Assembly (NCBI GenBank): GCA_041674105.1
Contig: JBAYWK010000003.1
Location: 11,971 to 75,970 of the forward strand
From: Minisyncoccota bacterium
GTDB taxonomy: Bacteria > Patescibacteriota > Minisyncoccia > Phycocordibacterales > DATDWN01
DNA: 64,000 nt
Direction: 5' to 3'
Below, one piece after another: positions 30,958 through 40,914 of this stretch (its first letter is position 1; every line of letters starts with the position of its first letter). The notes under the pieces were generated by a model. That model searched no databases and was not told where the DNA came from. It worked only from the letters and a program-made list of their open reading frames with translations. A program made the translations under genes and the position numbers.

Positions 30958-31674
30958 TTATATCATGACTATCATCAAGGAGTTTGTGTCTTTGACATAG
31001 ATAAAATTTGGGTCATCTCCGGTTATAAAATCTGGATCTGTTCCAGTGTATACAGGCATAAAATTTCTTATATTGTATGAATCATATATATCCATAGCGT
31101 AGACATTTTTTTCTGTAGAGAAAATGATAACATCATTTCTGTCTTTATAAAATTCTACATTTTTTATAGGTGTGTCAGATTTTATTATAAGGCCACTTCC
31201 CGAATCTGTTTTGAAAGATATTTCATCTTTGTTTGAAACCCAAATCTTTGTGGAATTGTCTTTTGAAATCTTAGGGTTATCTAAGGTAGGGATTTTTTCG
31301 GTTGATATTTTATTTTTTATATCAAAGTATTCAGGATCATTCTCGTTTATTATTTGACCCGACGGATATTGGCTGACCATAAAAGGCTCTAAAGTAACAT
31401 CTTTATCTTCTAACTCAATCTTTTTTGTCCAAGGAAAATATCCTTCTTTTGCTACTATGATTTCGTAATCTCCTTTTTTTAATGAAGTTGTTATTATTTT
31501 ATTTTCTTCTGAATTATATATACTCTTTTCTCGATTTATGATTACTTGGGTGTTTGGTAAGTATGTAACAATATTTAGATTGAGCTTTCTATTGAAAACA
31601 AAAAAGTAGAGAGAAAAAACAATTATCACTAAAACAAGTGCGATAAAAGTGTATTGTTTTGCTTTATTCTTCAT
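30958..31674 (-). CDS. Membrane-anchored PEGA-like domain protein
   Basis: Transmembrane segment then GDYEIIVAKEGYFPW; start MKNK at 31674 (the longer track ORF overlaps mreB). Confidence 0.7.
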   Translation of the reverse strand: MKNKAKQYTFIALVLVIIVFSLYFFVFNRKLNLNIVTYLPNTQVIINREKSIYNSEENKIITTSLKKGDYEIIVAKEGYFPWTKKIELEDKDVTLEPFMVSQYPSGQIINENDPEYFDIKNKISTEKIPTLDNPKISKDNSTKIWVSNKDEISFKTDSGSGLIIKSDTPIKNVEFYKDRNDVIIFSTEKNVYAMDIYDSYNIRNFMPVYTGTDPDFITGDDPNFIYVKDTNSLMIVMI

Positions 31675-31696
31675 ATTGGATATTATATTACTACAT

Positions 31697-32710
31697 ATGG
31701 GTATTTTTTCCAAAAAATTGGGGATTGATTTGGGTACAGCAAATACATTGGTGTTTGTTCCTGGTAGAGGAGTTGTCCTAAATGAACCTTCGGTCGTGGC
31801 TGTTTCAGAAGAAGACAACAGAATAATGGCTATTGGAATAGAGGCAAAGAATATGATAGGTAGAACCCCCGAAAGTATCATTGCTTATAGACCAATGAAA
31901 GACGGAGTAATAGCTGACTATAGAGTTACAGAAGCAATGCTTAGATATTACATAGACAAAGCTATGGGTAAATGGAATTTCATAAAACCTGAAGTTTTGG
32001 TATCAGTACCAGCAGGAGTAACCTCCACTGAAAGAAGGGCTGTCATAGAAGCTGCCATAAGAGCTGGTGCAAAAAATGCTTATGTGGTCAAGGAACCAAT
32101 ACTTGCCGCCATAGGTGCAGGAATTCCAATCCATGAACCTGTCGGTCATATGATAGTTGATATAGGTGGAGGAACTACAGATGTTGCTGTTATTTCTTTA
32201 GGGGGAATAGTTGCTTCTATGTCTGTAAAATGGGCCGGTAACAAGATAGACTCTGCTATTACAGATTATATTAAAAAGACTTTTAATCTCGGAATCGGTG
32301 ATAAAACAGCTGAAGATATAAAAATAAAAATAGGATCGGCTATACCTTTGGATGAAGAATTATCTACTACAATAAAAGGAAGAGATTTTATAACGGGGTT
32401 ACCTAGAAGTGTAGAGATGAAAACAAATGAAGTTGTAAAAGCCATTAGTAAGGATTTGAGAGAAATGATAAAAGCTATAAAAGATGTGCTTCAAGAAACT
32501 CCACCAGAGCTTGCTTCAGATATTATAGACAAAGGTATTATTATGACAGGAGGATCATCACAATTGAGAAATTTTCCAGAACTGGTTTTTAGGAGAACAG
32601 GTGTAAAGGCCGTCTTGGCTAAGGATTCTTTATATTGTGTGGTCAAAGGGACAGGTATTGCTTTAGATCATTTAGATACATATAAGAAAAGTATAATATC
32701 TAAAAGATAA
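31697..32710 (+). CDS. mreB: Rod shape-determining protein MreB/Mbl, paralog 1
   Basis: GIDLGTANT, NEPSVVA, DIGGGTTD, TGGSSQL. Confidence 0.95.
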   Translation: MGIFSKKLGIDLGTANTLVFVPGRGVVLNEPSVVAVSEEDNRIMAIGIEAKNMIGRTPESIIAYRPMKDGVIADYRVTEAMLRYYIDKAMGKWNFIKPEVLVSVPAGVTSTERRAVIEAAIRAGAKNAYVVKEPILAAIGAGIPIHEPVGHMIVDIGGGTTDVAVISLGGIVASMSVKWAGNKIDSAITDYIKKTFNLGIGDKTAEDIKIKIGSAIPLDEELSTTIKGRDFITGLPRSVEMKTNEVVKAISKDLREMIKAIKDVLQETPPELASDIIDKGIIMTGGSSQLRNFPELVFRRTGVKAVLAKDSLYCVVKGTGIALDHLDTYKKSIISKR

Positions 32711-32719
32711 TATTCTTTT

Positions 32720-33376
32720 ATGAATAATATTTCGCTAGAACCATCTTTTTTACATCACGCTTATCTTTTAGTGGGAGACAGAAGCTCCTCAAAATCTTTT
32801 TTGGTGGATTTTTTAGGTAATCAATTAAATATTTCAATATCAGGGAACTCTGATGTCAGAGTTATTTCAGTCGATAGTCTTTCTGTTGATTTTGTTAGAA
32901 GTATAAAAGTATCAGAAGAGTTTAAAGCTTTTGGCGATAAAAAAAAGATATTTATTATAGAGACAGATTTTATTACTGAAGAAGCTCAAAATGCCTTACT
33001 CAAGATTTTTGAAGAGCCAACTAAAGGAACTCATTTTTTTGTTAACATATCTCAAGACATTATATTACCAACTCTTAGATCTAGGATGCATATAATAAAT
33101 ATAAAAGATCTAAATGAAAAGAACACAAAAGCATTACCTGTGTCAGTTCTAGATAGAATGAAGAAAGTAAAGAGTATAGTAGATGATATATCTGATGAAA
33201 ATCAAACTAAACAAAGTGCTGTTGATTTTTTAAATAATATAGAAATGGAGTTGTATAAAAGTGGAGTAGAAAAAAACCATAAAGCATTAGTTTTATGCGA
33301 GCAAGCTAGAAAATCTTTATACGATAGGGGAGCTCCTATAAAAATAATATTAGAATCGTTGATTTTGTCTCTCTAG
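32720..33376 (+). CDS. holB: DNA polymerase III delta'-like subunit (short)
   Basis: HHAYLL, EAQNALLKIFEEP, LPTLRSR. Confidence 0.8.
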   Translation: MNNISLEPSFLHHAYLLVGDRSSSKSFLVDFLGNQLNISISGNSDVRVISVDSLSVDFVRSIKVSEEFKAFGDKKKIFIIETDFITEEAQNALLKIFEEPTKGTHFFVNISQDIILPTLRSRMHIINIKDLNEKNTKALPVSVLDRMKKVKSIVDDISDENQTKQSAVDFLNNIEMELYKSGVEKNHKALVLCEQARKSLYDRGAPIKIILESLILSL

Positions 33377-33415
33377 GCTAGCTTTTTAGACTTTTCTGTT
33401 ATAATATGTTGGTAT

Positions 33416-33967
33416 ATGGCTTATAATTTTTCTTCATTTAAACAAAGCACTTCTGAATTAGAAGACTGGCTTAAGAAAGAATTTTCTACGATAAGAACGG
33501 GCAGGGCTAACTCAGCTGTTTTAGACGGTGTCTTGGTTGAGATGTATGGCTCTAAAATGCCGATAAATCAATTGGCCACAATATCTACTGAAGATGTTAG
33601 GATTATAAGAATATCTCCTTGGGACAAATCTTCTTCAAAAGAAATAGAGAGAGCTGTTACGGCTGCAAATTTAGGTCTTTCTATTACTGTTGATGATAAA
33701 GGTCTTAGGATAATATTTCCAGAATTAACTTCAGAAAGAAGAGTTGGGTTAATTAAATTAGCAAAACAAAAACTAGAAGATGCCAAAATCACACTAAGGA
33801 ATGAAAGAGAAAAAATAGTAAAAGATATTGATGTCAGACAAAAATCTGGAGAATTGTCTGAAGATGACAAGTTTAGAATAAAAAATGAACTCCAAAAATT
33901 AGTCGATGAATTGGGAGAAAAACTGGATTCTATTTTTGAGAAAAAAGAGAAGGAAATCACTGAATAA
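33416..33967 (+). CDS. frr: Ribosome recycling factor
   Basis: IRTGRA, PELTSERR, KEKEI. Confidence 0.96.
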   Translation: MAYNFSSFKQSTSELEDWLKKEFSTIRTGRANSAVLDGVLVEMYGSKMPINQLATISTEDVRIIRISPWDKSSSKEIERAVTAANLGLSITVDDKGLRIIFPELTSERRVGLIKLAKQKLEDAKITLRNEREKIVKDIDVRQKSGELSEDDKFRIKNELQKLVDELGEKLDSIFEKKEKEITE

Positions 33968-33978
33968 TCTAATAAAAT

Positions 33979-35079
33979 ATGACAGTTTTAATTTTCATAC
34001 TGGTACTGGCTGTTTTAATCTTTGTCCATGAACTTGGCCATTTTTCTGTCGCCAAAAAATTTGGCATCAAGGTAGATGAGTTTGGTATGGGCATACCCCC
34101 TCGTGTCTGGAGTAAAAAAATAGGAGAGACCCTTTATTCAATAAATCTGATACCTTTTGGAGGATTCGTAAAAATTTTTGGTGAAGATCCTCATATGGAA
34201 GAAATAAAACCTGAAGATAAAAAGAGGAGTTTTTTTTATAAATCAAAATGGGTTCAAGCTGCTGTCTTATCTGCTGGGGTTATTTTTAATGTTATATTTG
34301 CTTGGCTACTTTTGTCTCTTGGTTTTATGTTGGGTTTTACTGCACCAGCAAATTATATATCTTATGCTGAAATTCAAAACCCTCAGGTGGTTATACTTCA
34401 GACACTAGATGGTTCTCCCGCGAAAGAGTCAGGACTTAAGACTGGAGATGTGTTGCTTTTTGTTGGCACAGGCAAACTTTCACTACAAGATGAAAGTTTG
34501 ACTCCAGAAAATATTTCAGATCTTATTTCAAAATCTGGACCTTCTGAAAACATAGAGGTCTTATATAAGAGAGGAGAAGAAACTCCAAGGAGTGCTATCA
34601 TAGAACCTGTTTTAAATTCACAAGGAAAAAGAACGATAGGTATATCCATGGATATAGTAGGTAAAATAAAACTACCTTTCTACCTGGCTTTTTACGAAGG
34701 AGCTAGGGCTACAGTTCTTTTAACTTCTCAAACGGTTATCGGCCTTGGGACATTCCTTTGGAACATAGTTTCTTTTCACTCTGATTTCTCACAGGTTTCC
34801 GGTCCAGTTGGTGTTGCTACAATGGTTGGTGAAGCATCTCATTTGGGTTTTGTTTTTCTTCTTTCTTTTGTAGCTTTGATATCTATAAACTTAGCAGTTA
34901 TAAATCTTGTACCTTTTCCGGCTTTGGATGGGGGAAGACTTTTGTTTGTACTTATAGAGACGATAATACGAAGACCTTTACCATCGTCTGCTGTTAGATG
35001 GACAAACGCTATCGGTTTTATATTGCTCATCTTGCTTATGTTTACAGTTACAATTAAAGATGTCATAAAACTTTTCTAG
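33979..35079 (+). CDS. rseP: RIP metalloprotease RseP (M50 family, PDZ domain)
   Basis: HELGH, PFGGFV, NLVPFPALDGG. Confidence 0.93.
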   Translation: MTVLIFILVLAVLIFVHELGHFSVAKKFGIKVDEFGMGIPPRVWSKKIGETLYSINLIPFGGFVKIFGEDPHMEEIKPEDKKRSFFYKSKWVQAAVLSAGVIFNVIFAWLLLSLGFMLGFTAPANYISYAEIQNPQVVILQTLDGSPAKESGLKTGDVLLFVGTGKLSLQDESLTPENISDLISKSGPSENIEVLYKRGEETPRSAIIEPVLNSQGKRTIGISMDIVGKIKLPFYLAFYEGARATVLLTSQTVIGLGTFLWNIVSFHSDFSQVSGPVGVATMVGEASHLGFVFLLSFVALISINLAVINLVPFPALDGGRLLFVLIETIIRRPLPSSAVRWTNAIGFILLILLMFTVTIKDVIKLF

Positions 35080-35227
35080 AACCTTTTTTGACCAGTATAT
35101 TTTTTTGAGATACTATGTATCTACATGTCCCGTTAGATATTTAAAAATTTGAAAACTAATGGGACGTAATTAAGTATCATTATCATTTAAATTTTATTAG
35201 CCCTAGGGTGCTAATATCACTAATGGG

Positions 35228-36475
35228 ATGCGACAATCACAACTATTTACAAAAACACGAAAAGAAGTCCCCGCGGATGAAGTATCAAAAAATGCTGAGC
35301 TTTTAATAAGAGCTGGTTTTATAAACAAAGAAATGTCTGGAGTTTACAGCTATCTTCCTTTGGGTCTTTTGGTTCTAAAAAAAATAGAAAATATTATTAG
35401 AGAAGAAATGAATATTATCGGTGGACAAGAAATATTGATGACTTCTCTTCAAGATAAAGAGGTCTGGGAAAAAACTGGTAGATGGGATGATGATGTTGTT
35501 GATGTTTGGTTTAAGACTAAGCTAAAAAATGAGACAGAAGTTGGCTTGGCTAATACACACGAAGAAGCTGTTTCTAAAATAGTAAAAAACTATGTTCAGT
35601 CTTATAAAGACTTACCTTTTTATACTTATCAATTTCAGACAAAATTTAGGAATGAAACAAGGGCTAAAAGTGGAGTAATGAGGACAAGAGAGTTTATTAT
35701 GAAAGATCTTTATTCTTTTCATATAGACAATCAGGACCTGGATGATTTTTATGAAAAATGTGCAGATGCGTACAGTCATATATTTGATAGAGTTGGTTTG
35801 GGAGAATATACCTATAAGACTTTCGCTTCAGGTGGTATATTTTCTAAATATAGCCACGAATTTCAAACAGTTTGTGAAGCTGGTGAAGACATAATATATA
35901 TAGATGAAAAGAAAAAAATAGCTGTAAATAAAGAGGTTTATAATGATGAGGTCTTGGCTGATCTAGGTCTGGATAAGAGTGGCCTTGTAGAAAAAAAAGC
36001 GATAGAAGTTGGTAATATTTTTAAGCTAGGAACTAAATTCTCAGATCCTTTGGAGTTAAATTATGTAACTTTAGATGGAGATAAAAAACCAGTTATTATG
36101 GGAAGTTATGGTATAGGTCCAGCTAGAGTTATGGGTGCCATAGTTGAATCTTTTGCTGATGAAAAAGGAATAGTTTGGCCTAAAGAAGTTTCTCCTTTTT
36201 TTGTTCATCTAGTTTTACTTGGTGAAAATAAAGATACAAAATATTTTGCTGATAATATTTATACAGATTTGAGAAAAGCTTCTGTGGAGGTTTTGTACGA
36301 TGATAGAGATTTGAGAGCCGGAGAGAAATTTGCTGATTCAGATTTGATTGGTATTCCCATAAGACTTGTTGTTTCAGATAAAACTGTAGGAGAGGGTAAG
36401 GTGGAAATGAAATACAGGACAAGTGCAGAAGTAGAACTTCTTACTTTAGAGGATGTATTGAAAAAAGTTATTTAA
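35228..36475 (+). CDS. proS: Proline--tRNA ligase (short form, no editing domain)
   Basis: MRQSQLF, THEE, KFRNETR, REFIMKD, EVGNIFKLG, MGSYGIG. Confidence 0.95.
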   Translation: MRQSQLFTKTRKEVPADEVSKNAELLIRAGFINKEMSGVYSYLPLGLLVLKKIENIIREEMNIIGGQEILMTSLQDKEVWEKTGRWDDDVVDVWFKTKLKNETEVGLANTHEEAVSKIVKNYVQSYKDLPFYTYQFQTKFRNETRAKSGVMRTREFIMKDLYSFHIDNQDLDDFYEKCADAYSHIFDRVGLGEYTYKTFASGGIFSKYSHEFQTVCEAGEDIIYIDEKKKIAVNKEVYNDEVLADLGLDKSGLVEKKAIEVGNIFKLGTKFSDPLELNYVTLDGDKKPVIMGSYGIGPARVMGAIVESFADEKGIVWPKEVSPFFVHLVLLGENKDTKYFADNIYTDLRKASVEVLYDDRDLRAGEKFADSDLIGIPIRLVVSDKTVGEGKVEMKYRTSAEVELLTLEDVLKKVI

Positions 36476-36533
36476 TAAATTTGTTTTATAGGAGAACAAA
36501 GTATAAGCTAAAGCAGTTTTAGTATATTAATTT

Positions 36534-37595
36534 ATGATCAAAAATTTAGAACAATTCAAGAGATTTCTTTCAAATGATATTGGCATAGACCTTGGTACAG
36601 CAAATACCCTGGTCTATCTTCGTGGTAAGGGAATTATTCTAAATGAGCCTTCAGTCGTAGCTATAAATCAAAAAACAGGCCAGGTTGTTGCAGTAGGAAC
36701 AGATGCAAAAAATATGCTCGGTAGAACTCCGGGGCATATTGTAGCGGTCAGACCTCTAGTAGATGGAGTTATTTCAGATTTTGAAGTGACAGAGGAAATG
36801 ATAACTTATCTTTTACGAAAAGCTGAAAAAGATAATAAAAAACTCATAGGTCCTAGGGTTGTGGTCGGAGTCCCTTCTGGAATCACAAATGTTGAAATAA
36901 GGGCGGTAAGAGACGCCACAAAAAATGCAGGAGCTTCTGAGGTTTATATTGTAGAGGAACCTATGGCTGCGGCTATAGGAATAAGACTTCCAGTTCTCGA
37001 TCCAGTTGGTAATATGATTATTGATATTGGTGGAGGAACTTCGGATATAGCTGTTATTTCCTTAGGAGGTTTAGTAAGGTCAAAGAATTTACGAGTTGCA
37101 GGAGATAAATTAAATCAAGATATAATTTCTTATATAAGAAGTGAATTTAAAATTCTCATTGGCGAAAAGACAGCTGAAAATATTAAAATAACTATAGGAG
37201 CCATAATAGCTGGAAACATACCTCTTGAAGCTCCTATAAAAGGACGGGACTTAATATCTGGTTTACCAAGAGAAGTTATCGTAACTGACTCTGATATTAG
37301 AGAAGCAATTTCTCAATCGATAGATACCTTAATAGAAGCAACCAAAGAAGTGTTGGAAACGACGCCTCCCGAAATTTTATCAGATGTTATGCAAAGAGGA
37401 ATCTATCTGACTGGTGGAGGAGCTTTGATAAAAGGTTTATCCGAATTAATATCTGAATATACAAAAGTTCCTGTGCATATTGCTCAAGATCCTTTGACTG
37501 CTGTGTGTAGAGGAACAGGAATTATACTTGAGAAACTTGATACGTATAAAGACGTCTTAATTGCAAAAGAAGATGAATTACCACCTAAAAAGTAA
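36534..37595 (+). CDS. mreB: Rod shape-determining protein MreB, paralog 2 (in the mre operon)
   Basis: GIDLGTANT, EEPMAAAIG, DIGGGT, TGGGAL. Confidence 0.96.
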   Translation: MIKNLEQFKRFLSNDIGIDLGTANTLVYLRGKGIILNEPSVVAINQKTGQVVAVGTDAKNMLGRTPGHIVAVRPLVDGVISDFEVTEEMITYLLRKAEKDNKKLIGPRVVVGVPSGITNVEIRAVRDATKNAGASEVYIVEEPMAAAIGIRLPVLDPVGNMIIDIGGGTSDIAVISLGGLVRSKNLRVAGDKLNQDIISYIRSEFKILIGEKTAENIKITIGAIIAGNIPLEAPIKGRDLISGLPREVIVTDSDIREAISQSIDTLIEATKEVLETTPPEILSDVMQRGIYLTGGGALIKGLSELISEYTKVPVHIAQDPLTAVCRGTGIILEKLDTYKDVLIAKEDELPPKK

Positions 37596-38367
37596 GTCAA
37601 AATCAAATAGTAAAAAAATACTAGGTCTTATTGTACTAATAATTACTGTACTTTTTTTAGCGACTTATTTATTTTTACCGACAATACAGTCTTTTTCACA
37701 TACGACAGCTTTGCCCGTTTGGACATTTAGAAATTATACAACTAGTAGTGTAGCATCATTATTTGGCTCTTTTAGGACAAAACTCTCTCTAGTAGAAGAA
37801 AATAAATCATTAAAAGAACAATTAGAAAGTTTAAATTTAAAACAGCTTGATTATGATGTTTTGATGAAAGAAAATCAGGATTTAAAAGATCTTTTGGGAA
37901 GGCCATATGTTCAAAATAAAATAATAACCAGAATAGTTTCTAAACCCCCCAGGTCTCCTTATGATACTTTCATAATAGATGCAGGATTAGATAATGATAT
38001 TTTGGAAGATAGTTTGGTTTATATTTCTGGAAATATAATAGTTGGAAAAGTTTCTAGTGTGATGAGTCATTCTTCTATTGTTACTCTTTTTTCTACTAAT
38101 GATGTAAAACAACAAGCTATTTTAGAAAGAACGGGGGCTATGTATGAATTGATTGGCAAAGGAGGAGCAAATTTTTCTATTGAATTACCAAAAGATGCTG
38201 ATATTTTATGGGGAGATGTTTTTCTTTATCCAACTATAAATTCGTCTATTATGGGTAATGTCTATTACATTGATACAAATTCCCAAAGTGCATTTAAAAC
38301 CGTTTTTGTGAGAGTCCCTGGAAATGTTTTTGAATCAAAATGGTTGTTTGTAGAAAAGGACAAATGA
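37573..38367 (+). CDS. mreC: Rod shape-determining protein MreC
   Basis: Transmembrane segment, coiled coil (ENKSLK..ENQDLK), IIDAG beta domain; follows mreB. Confidence 0.85.
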   Translation: MNYHLKSKSKSNSKKILGLIVLIITVLFLATYLFLPTIQSFSHTTALPVWTFRNYTTSSVASLFGSFRTKLSLVEENKSLKEQLESLNLKQLDYDVLMKENQDLKDLLGRPYVQNKIITRIVSKPPRSPYDTFIIDAGLDNDILEDSLVYISGNIIVGKVSSVMSHSSIVTLFSTNDVKQQAILERTGAMYELIGKGGANFSIELPKDADILWGDVFLYPTINSSIMGNVYYIDTNSQSAFKTVFVRVPGNVFESKWLFVEKDK

Positions 38368-38621
38368 TTAGAAATCCATATATAAGAATATTTTTGTTTT
38401 TCGTTGCTTGGTTTTTGCTCCTAGTTTTACCTTGGTGGCTGACTTTGGTTGTTTTAGTAGGCCTGGCTGTTTATGTACCTTTTTATTTAGAAATAATATT
38501 TTTTGGCTTAGTTTTTGATATAATCTATGCAAGTCCAAATATTTTTTCTCATTATGGTTTTATTATAGGGACAGCTTTATTTTTTACTGTTTTCTATGGC
38601 AGAAATTATTTTAGGACTTAA
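38364..38621 (+). CDS. Small membrane protein at the mreD position
   Basis: Very hydrophobic; lies between mreC and PBP2. Confidence 0.6.
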   Translation: MIRNPYIRIFLFFVAWFLLLVLPWWLTLVVLVGLAVYVPFYLEIIFFGLVFDIIYASPNIFSHYGFIIGTALFFTVFYGRNYFRT

Positions 38622-38630
38622 ATTTTATTT

Positions 38631-40328
38631 ATGTTAAACAAATTATTTTCTTTTATAAAAAGAAGAAAAACTACCTATAAGACTATTGATCCTGATGAAA
38701 TATTTTTGGATTCTCAAAATCTACCAGAGTTTAATGTCCATCAATTTGAAGGAAAAATAGAAAAACCAATTGGTAAAAGCGTGTTTGCTATATTTTATGG
38801 TGCACTTTTTTTGGTTTGCTTAGCGTTTGTTTTCAAGTTGTGGAATTTACAGATAGTCCAAGGAGAAACTTTTAGAGAGAGGAGTGAAAATAATCGTCTT
38901 CACAATACAATTATATTTGCAGATAGAGGAAATATTTTAGACAGAAAAGGTAAGCCAATTGTTTGGAATACATTAAATCCAGAAACACCTGATTTCTCCC
39001 TTCGTGTATATGCTACTTCCACTGGTCTATCTACAACTTTAGGTTATTTAAAATACCCTGCGAAAGATTCATCAGGTTTTTATTATCAGTATAATTTTGA
39101 CGCTAAAGATGGCATAGAAAAAATTTATGATGACCAGCTTAGGGGCATAAACGGTAAAAAAATACTAGAGACAAATGTTTCTGGGTATACGATTTCTGAA
39201 AGTGTTATAGAACCTCCAAAAAATGGTAATGATCTGACATTATCTATTGATACTGATGTGCAGAAAAAGCTTTATGAAGCAATGATTGATCTATCTAATA
39301 AAGCCGGTTTTAAAGGTGGTTCAGGTATAATTATGGATGTTAGAACAGGAGAAATAATAGCCCTAGCCAATTTTCCAGAATATGAATCTCAAATAATTAC
39401 AGATGGAACAGATAAAGATAAAATAAATAAATGGTTAAACGATTCAAACAATCCTTTCTTAAATAGAGCTATTCAAGGTTTATATACTCCAGGATCTATA
39501 ATGAAAATATTTGTTGGTCTTGGGGTTTTAGAAGAGGGGGTTATAGACCCGAGTAAGAAAATTATTAGTACAGGTTCTATTTCTATTCCAAACCCATATG
39601 TTCCAGACAAACCTTCTGTTTTTAATGACTGGAAAGCTCATGGTGCTGTAGATTTTAGACAAGCTTTGGCTGTTTCTTCAAACATATATTTTTATAGTGT
39701 CACTGGTGGTTATAAGGATCAAAAGGGGATAGGTATAGCAAATATACAAAAATATGTAGAGATGTTTGGATTTGGCACAAGTACAGAGATAAATTTTCCT
39801 GGAGAAAAGTTTGGAATAGTTCCAAATCCTGAGTGGAAAAAGAAAGTCTTTGATGGAGAAATTTGGAGACTTGGTGACACTTACAACACTGCCATAGGCC
39901 AATATGGTTTCCAGGTCACACCTATTCAATCTGTCGTGGCTGTTTCTGCTGTTGCAAATGGAGGAAATCTTCTTATTCCCACTTTAATTAAAGACTCTAC
40001 TCCGGTTATTATTAAAAATGTGGTTCTAGATAAAGCAAGTTATAGGATAGTAAAAGAAGGAATGCGTTTAGGCGTGACAAATGGAACCTCTGCTTCCTTA
40101 AATGTTCCATACGTTAAAGTTGCTTCAAAAACAGGTACTGCTCAAATAGGTTTGTTAAAGAATCAAGTCAACTCTTGGGTTGTTGGTTTTTTTCCTTATG
40201 AAAATCCAAAGTATGCCTATGCTGTTATAATGGAAAGGGGGAGTAGCACAAATCAGTTTGGAGCGGTGGGAGTTATGAGAGAAGTTTTTGATTGGATGAA
40301 TTTATACGCAAATGAATATTTACAATAG
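38631..40328 (+). CDS. mrdA: Penicillin-binding protein 2 (class B)
   Basis: RGNILDR, PGSIMK (SxxK), SSN, KTGTAQ. Confidence 0.9.
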   Translation: MLNKLFSFIKRRKTTYKTIDPDEIFLDSQNLPEFNVHQFEGKIEKPIGKSVFAIFYGALFLVCLAFVFKLWNLQIVQGETFRERSENNRLHNTIIFADRGNILDRKGKPIVWNTLNPETPDFSLRVYATSTGLSTTLGYLKYPAKDSSGFYYQYNFDAKDGIEKIYDDQLRGINGKKILETNVSGYTISESVIEPPKNGNDLTLSIDTDVQKKLYEAMIDLSNKAGFKGGSGIIMDVRTGEIIALANFPEYESQIITDGTDKDKINKWLNDSNNPFLNRAIQGLYTPGSIMKIFVGLGVLEEGVIDPSKKIISTGSISIPNPYVPDKPSVFNDWKAHGAVDFRQALAVSSNIYFYSVTGGYKDQKGIGIANIQKYVEMFGFGTSTEINFPGEKFGIVPNPEWKKKVFDGEIWRLGDTYNTAIGQYGFQVTPIQSVVAVSAVANGGNLLIPTLIKDSTPVIIKNVVLDKASYRIVKEGMRLGVTNGTSASLNVPYVKVASKTGTAQIGLLKNQVNSWVVGFFPYENPKYAYAVIMERGSSTNQFGAVGVMREVFDWMNLYANEYLQ

Positions 40329-40405
40329 ATTTGACCAAAGAGGTTTTTTGATATAAAATAATTTCGCGTTATATTTACATTAATTTTTATATAAAAATAC
40401 TTTCT

Positions 40406-40864
40406 ATGAATGAAAAAGAATATCTTACTAAAGAGAAGTTTGATGAATTTACAAAAGAATTAAGCTATTTAAAAGACACAAAAAGAAAAGAAGTAGCAGA
40501 AAGTCTAGAGTATGCTAAAGCTCTGGGAGATCTATCTGAAAATGCTGAATATCACGATGCCAGAGATATGCAGGCAGTTACAGAAGATCGTATAATAAAA
40601 CTGGAGAATCTATTGAAAAATGCAATGATAGTTTCATCAACAGATACAGGTACAGTAAATGTTGGTTCAATAGTTACAGTAGAAAAAGATAGTAAAAAAA
40701 TAATTTATACAATTGTGGGGTCTGAAGAAGCAGATGTAGTTTCAAATAAAATTTCTATAAAATCTCCATTCGGCCAGGCTATTATTGGAAAAAAGAAGGG
40801 TGAGAAATTTGATTTTTTGACTCCAAATGGTCAAATGTCTTATGTTGTTATAGATATAAAATAA
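40406..40864 (+). CDS. greA: Transcription elongation factor GreA
   Basis: GDLSENAEY, ISIKSPFGQA. Confidence 0.96.
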   Translation: MNEKEYLTKEKFDEFTKELSYLKDTKRKEVAESLEYAKALGDLSENAEYHDARDMQAVTEDRIIKLENLLKNAMIVSSTDTGTVNVGSIVTVEKDSKKIIYTIVGSEEADVVSNKISIKSPFGQAIIGKKKGEKFDFLTPNGQMSYVVIDIK

Positions 40865-40914
40865 GTTTTTGGATTTATATGTAATTATCTGCTACCATAG
40901 ATAATATACACACT

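Noticed and set aside
31697-37595. Two mreB genes as a recent duplication or novelty
   Set aside because: The copies are clearly diverged, and multiple MreB/Mbl paralogs are common
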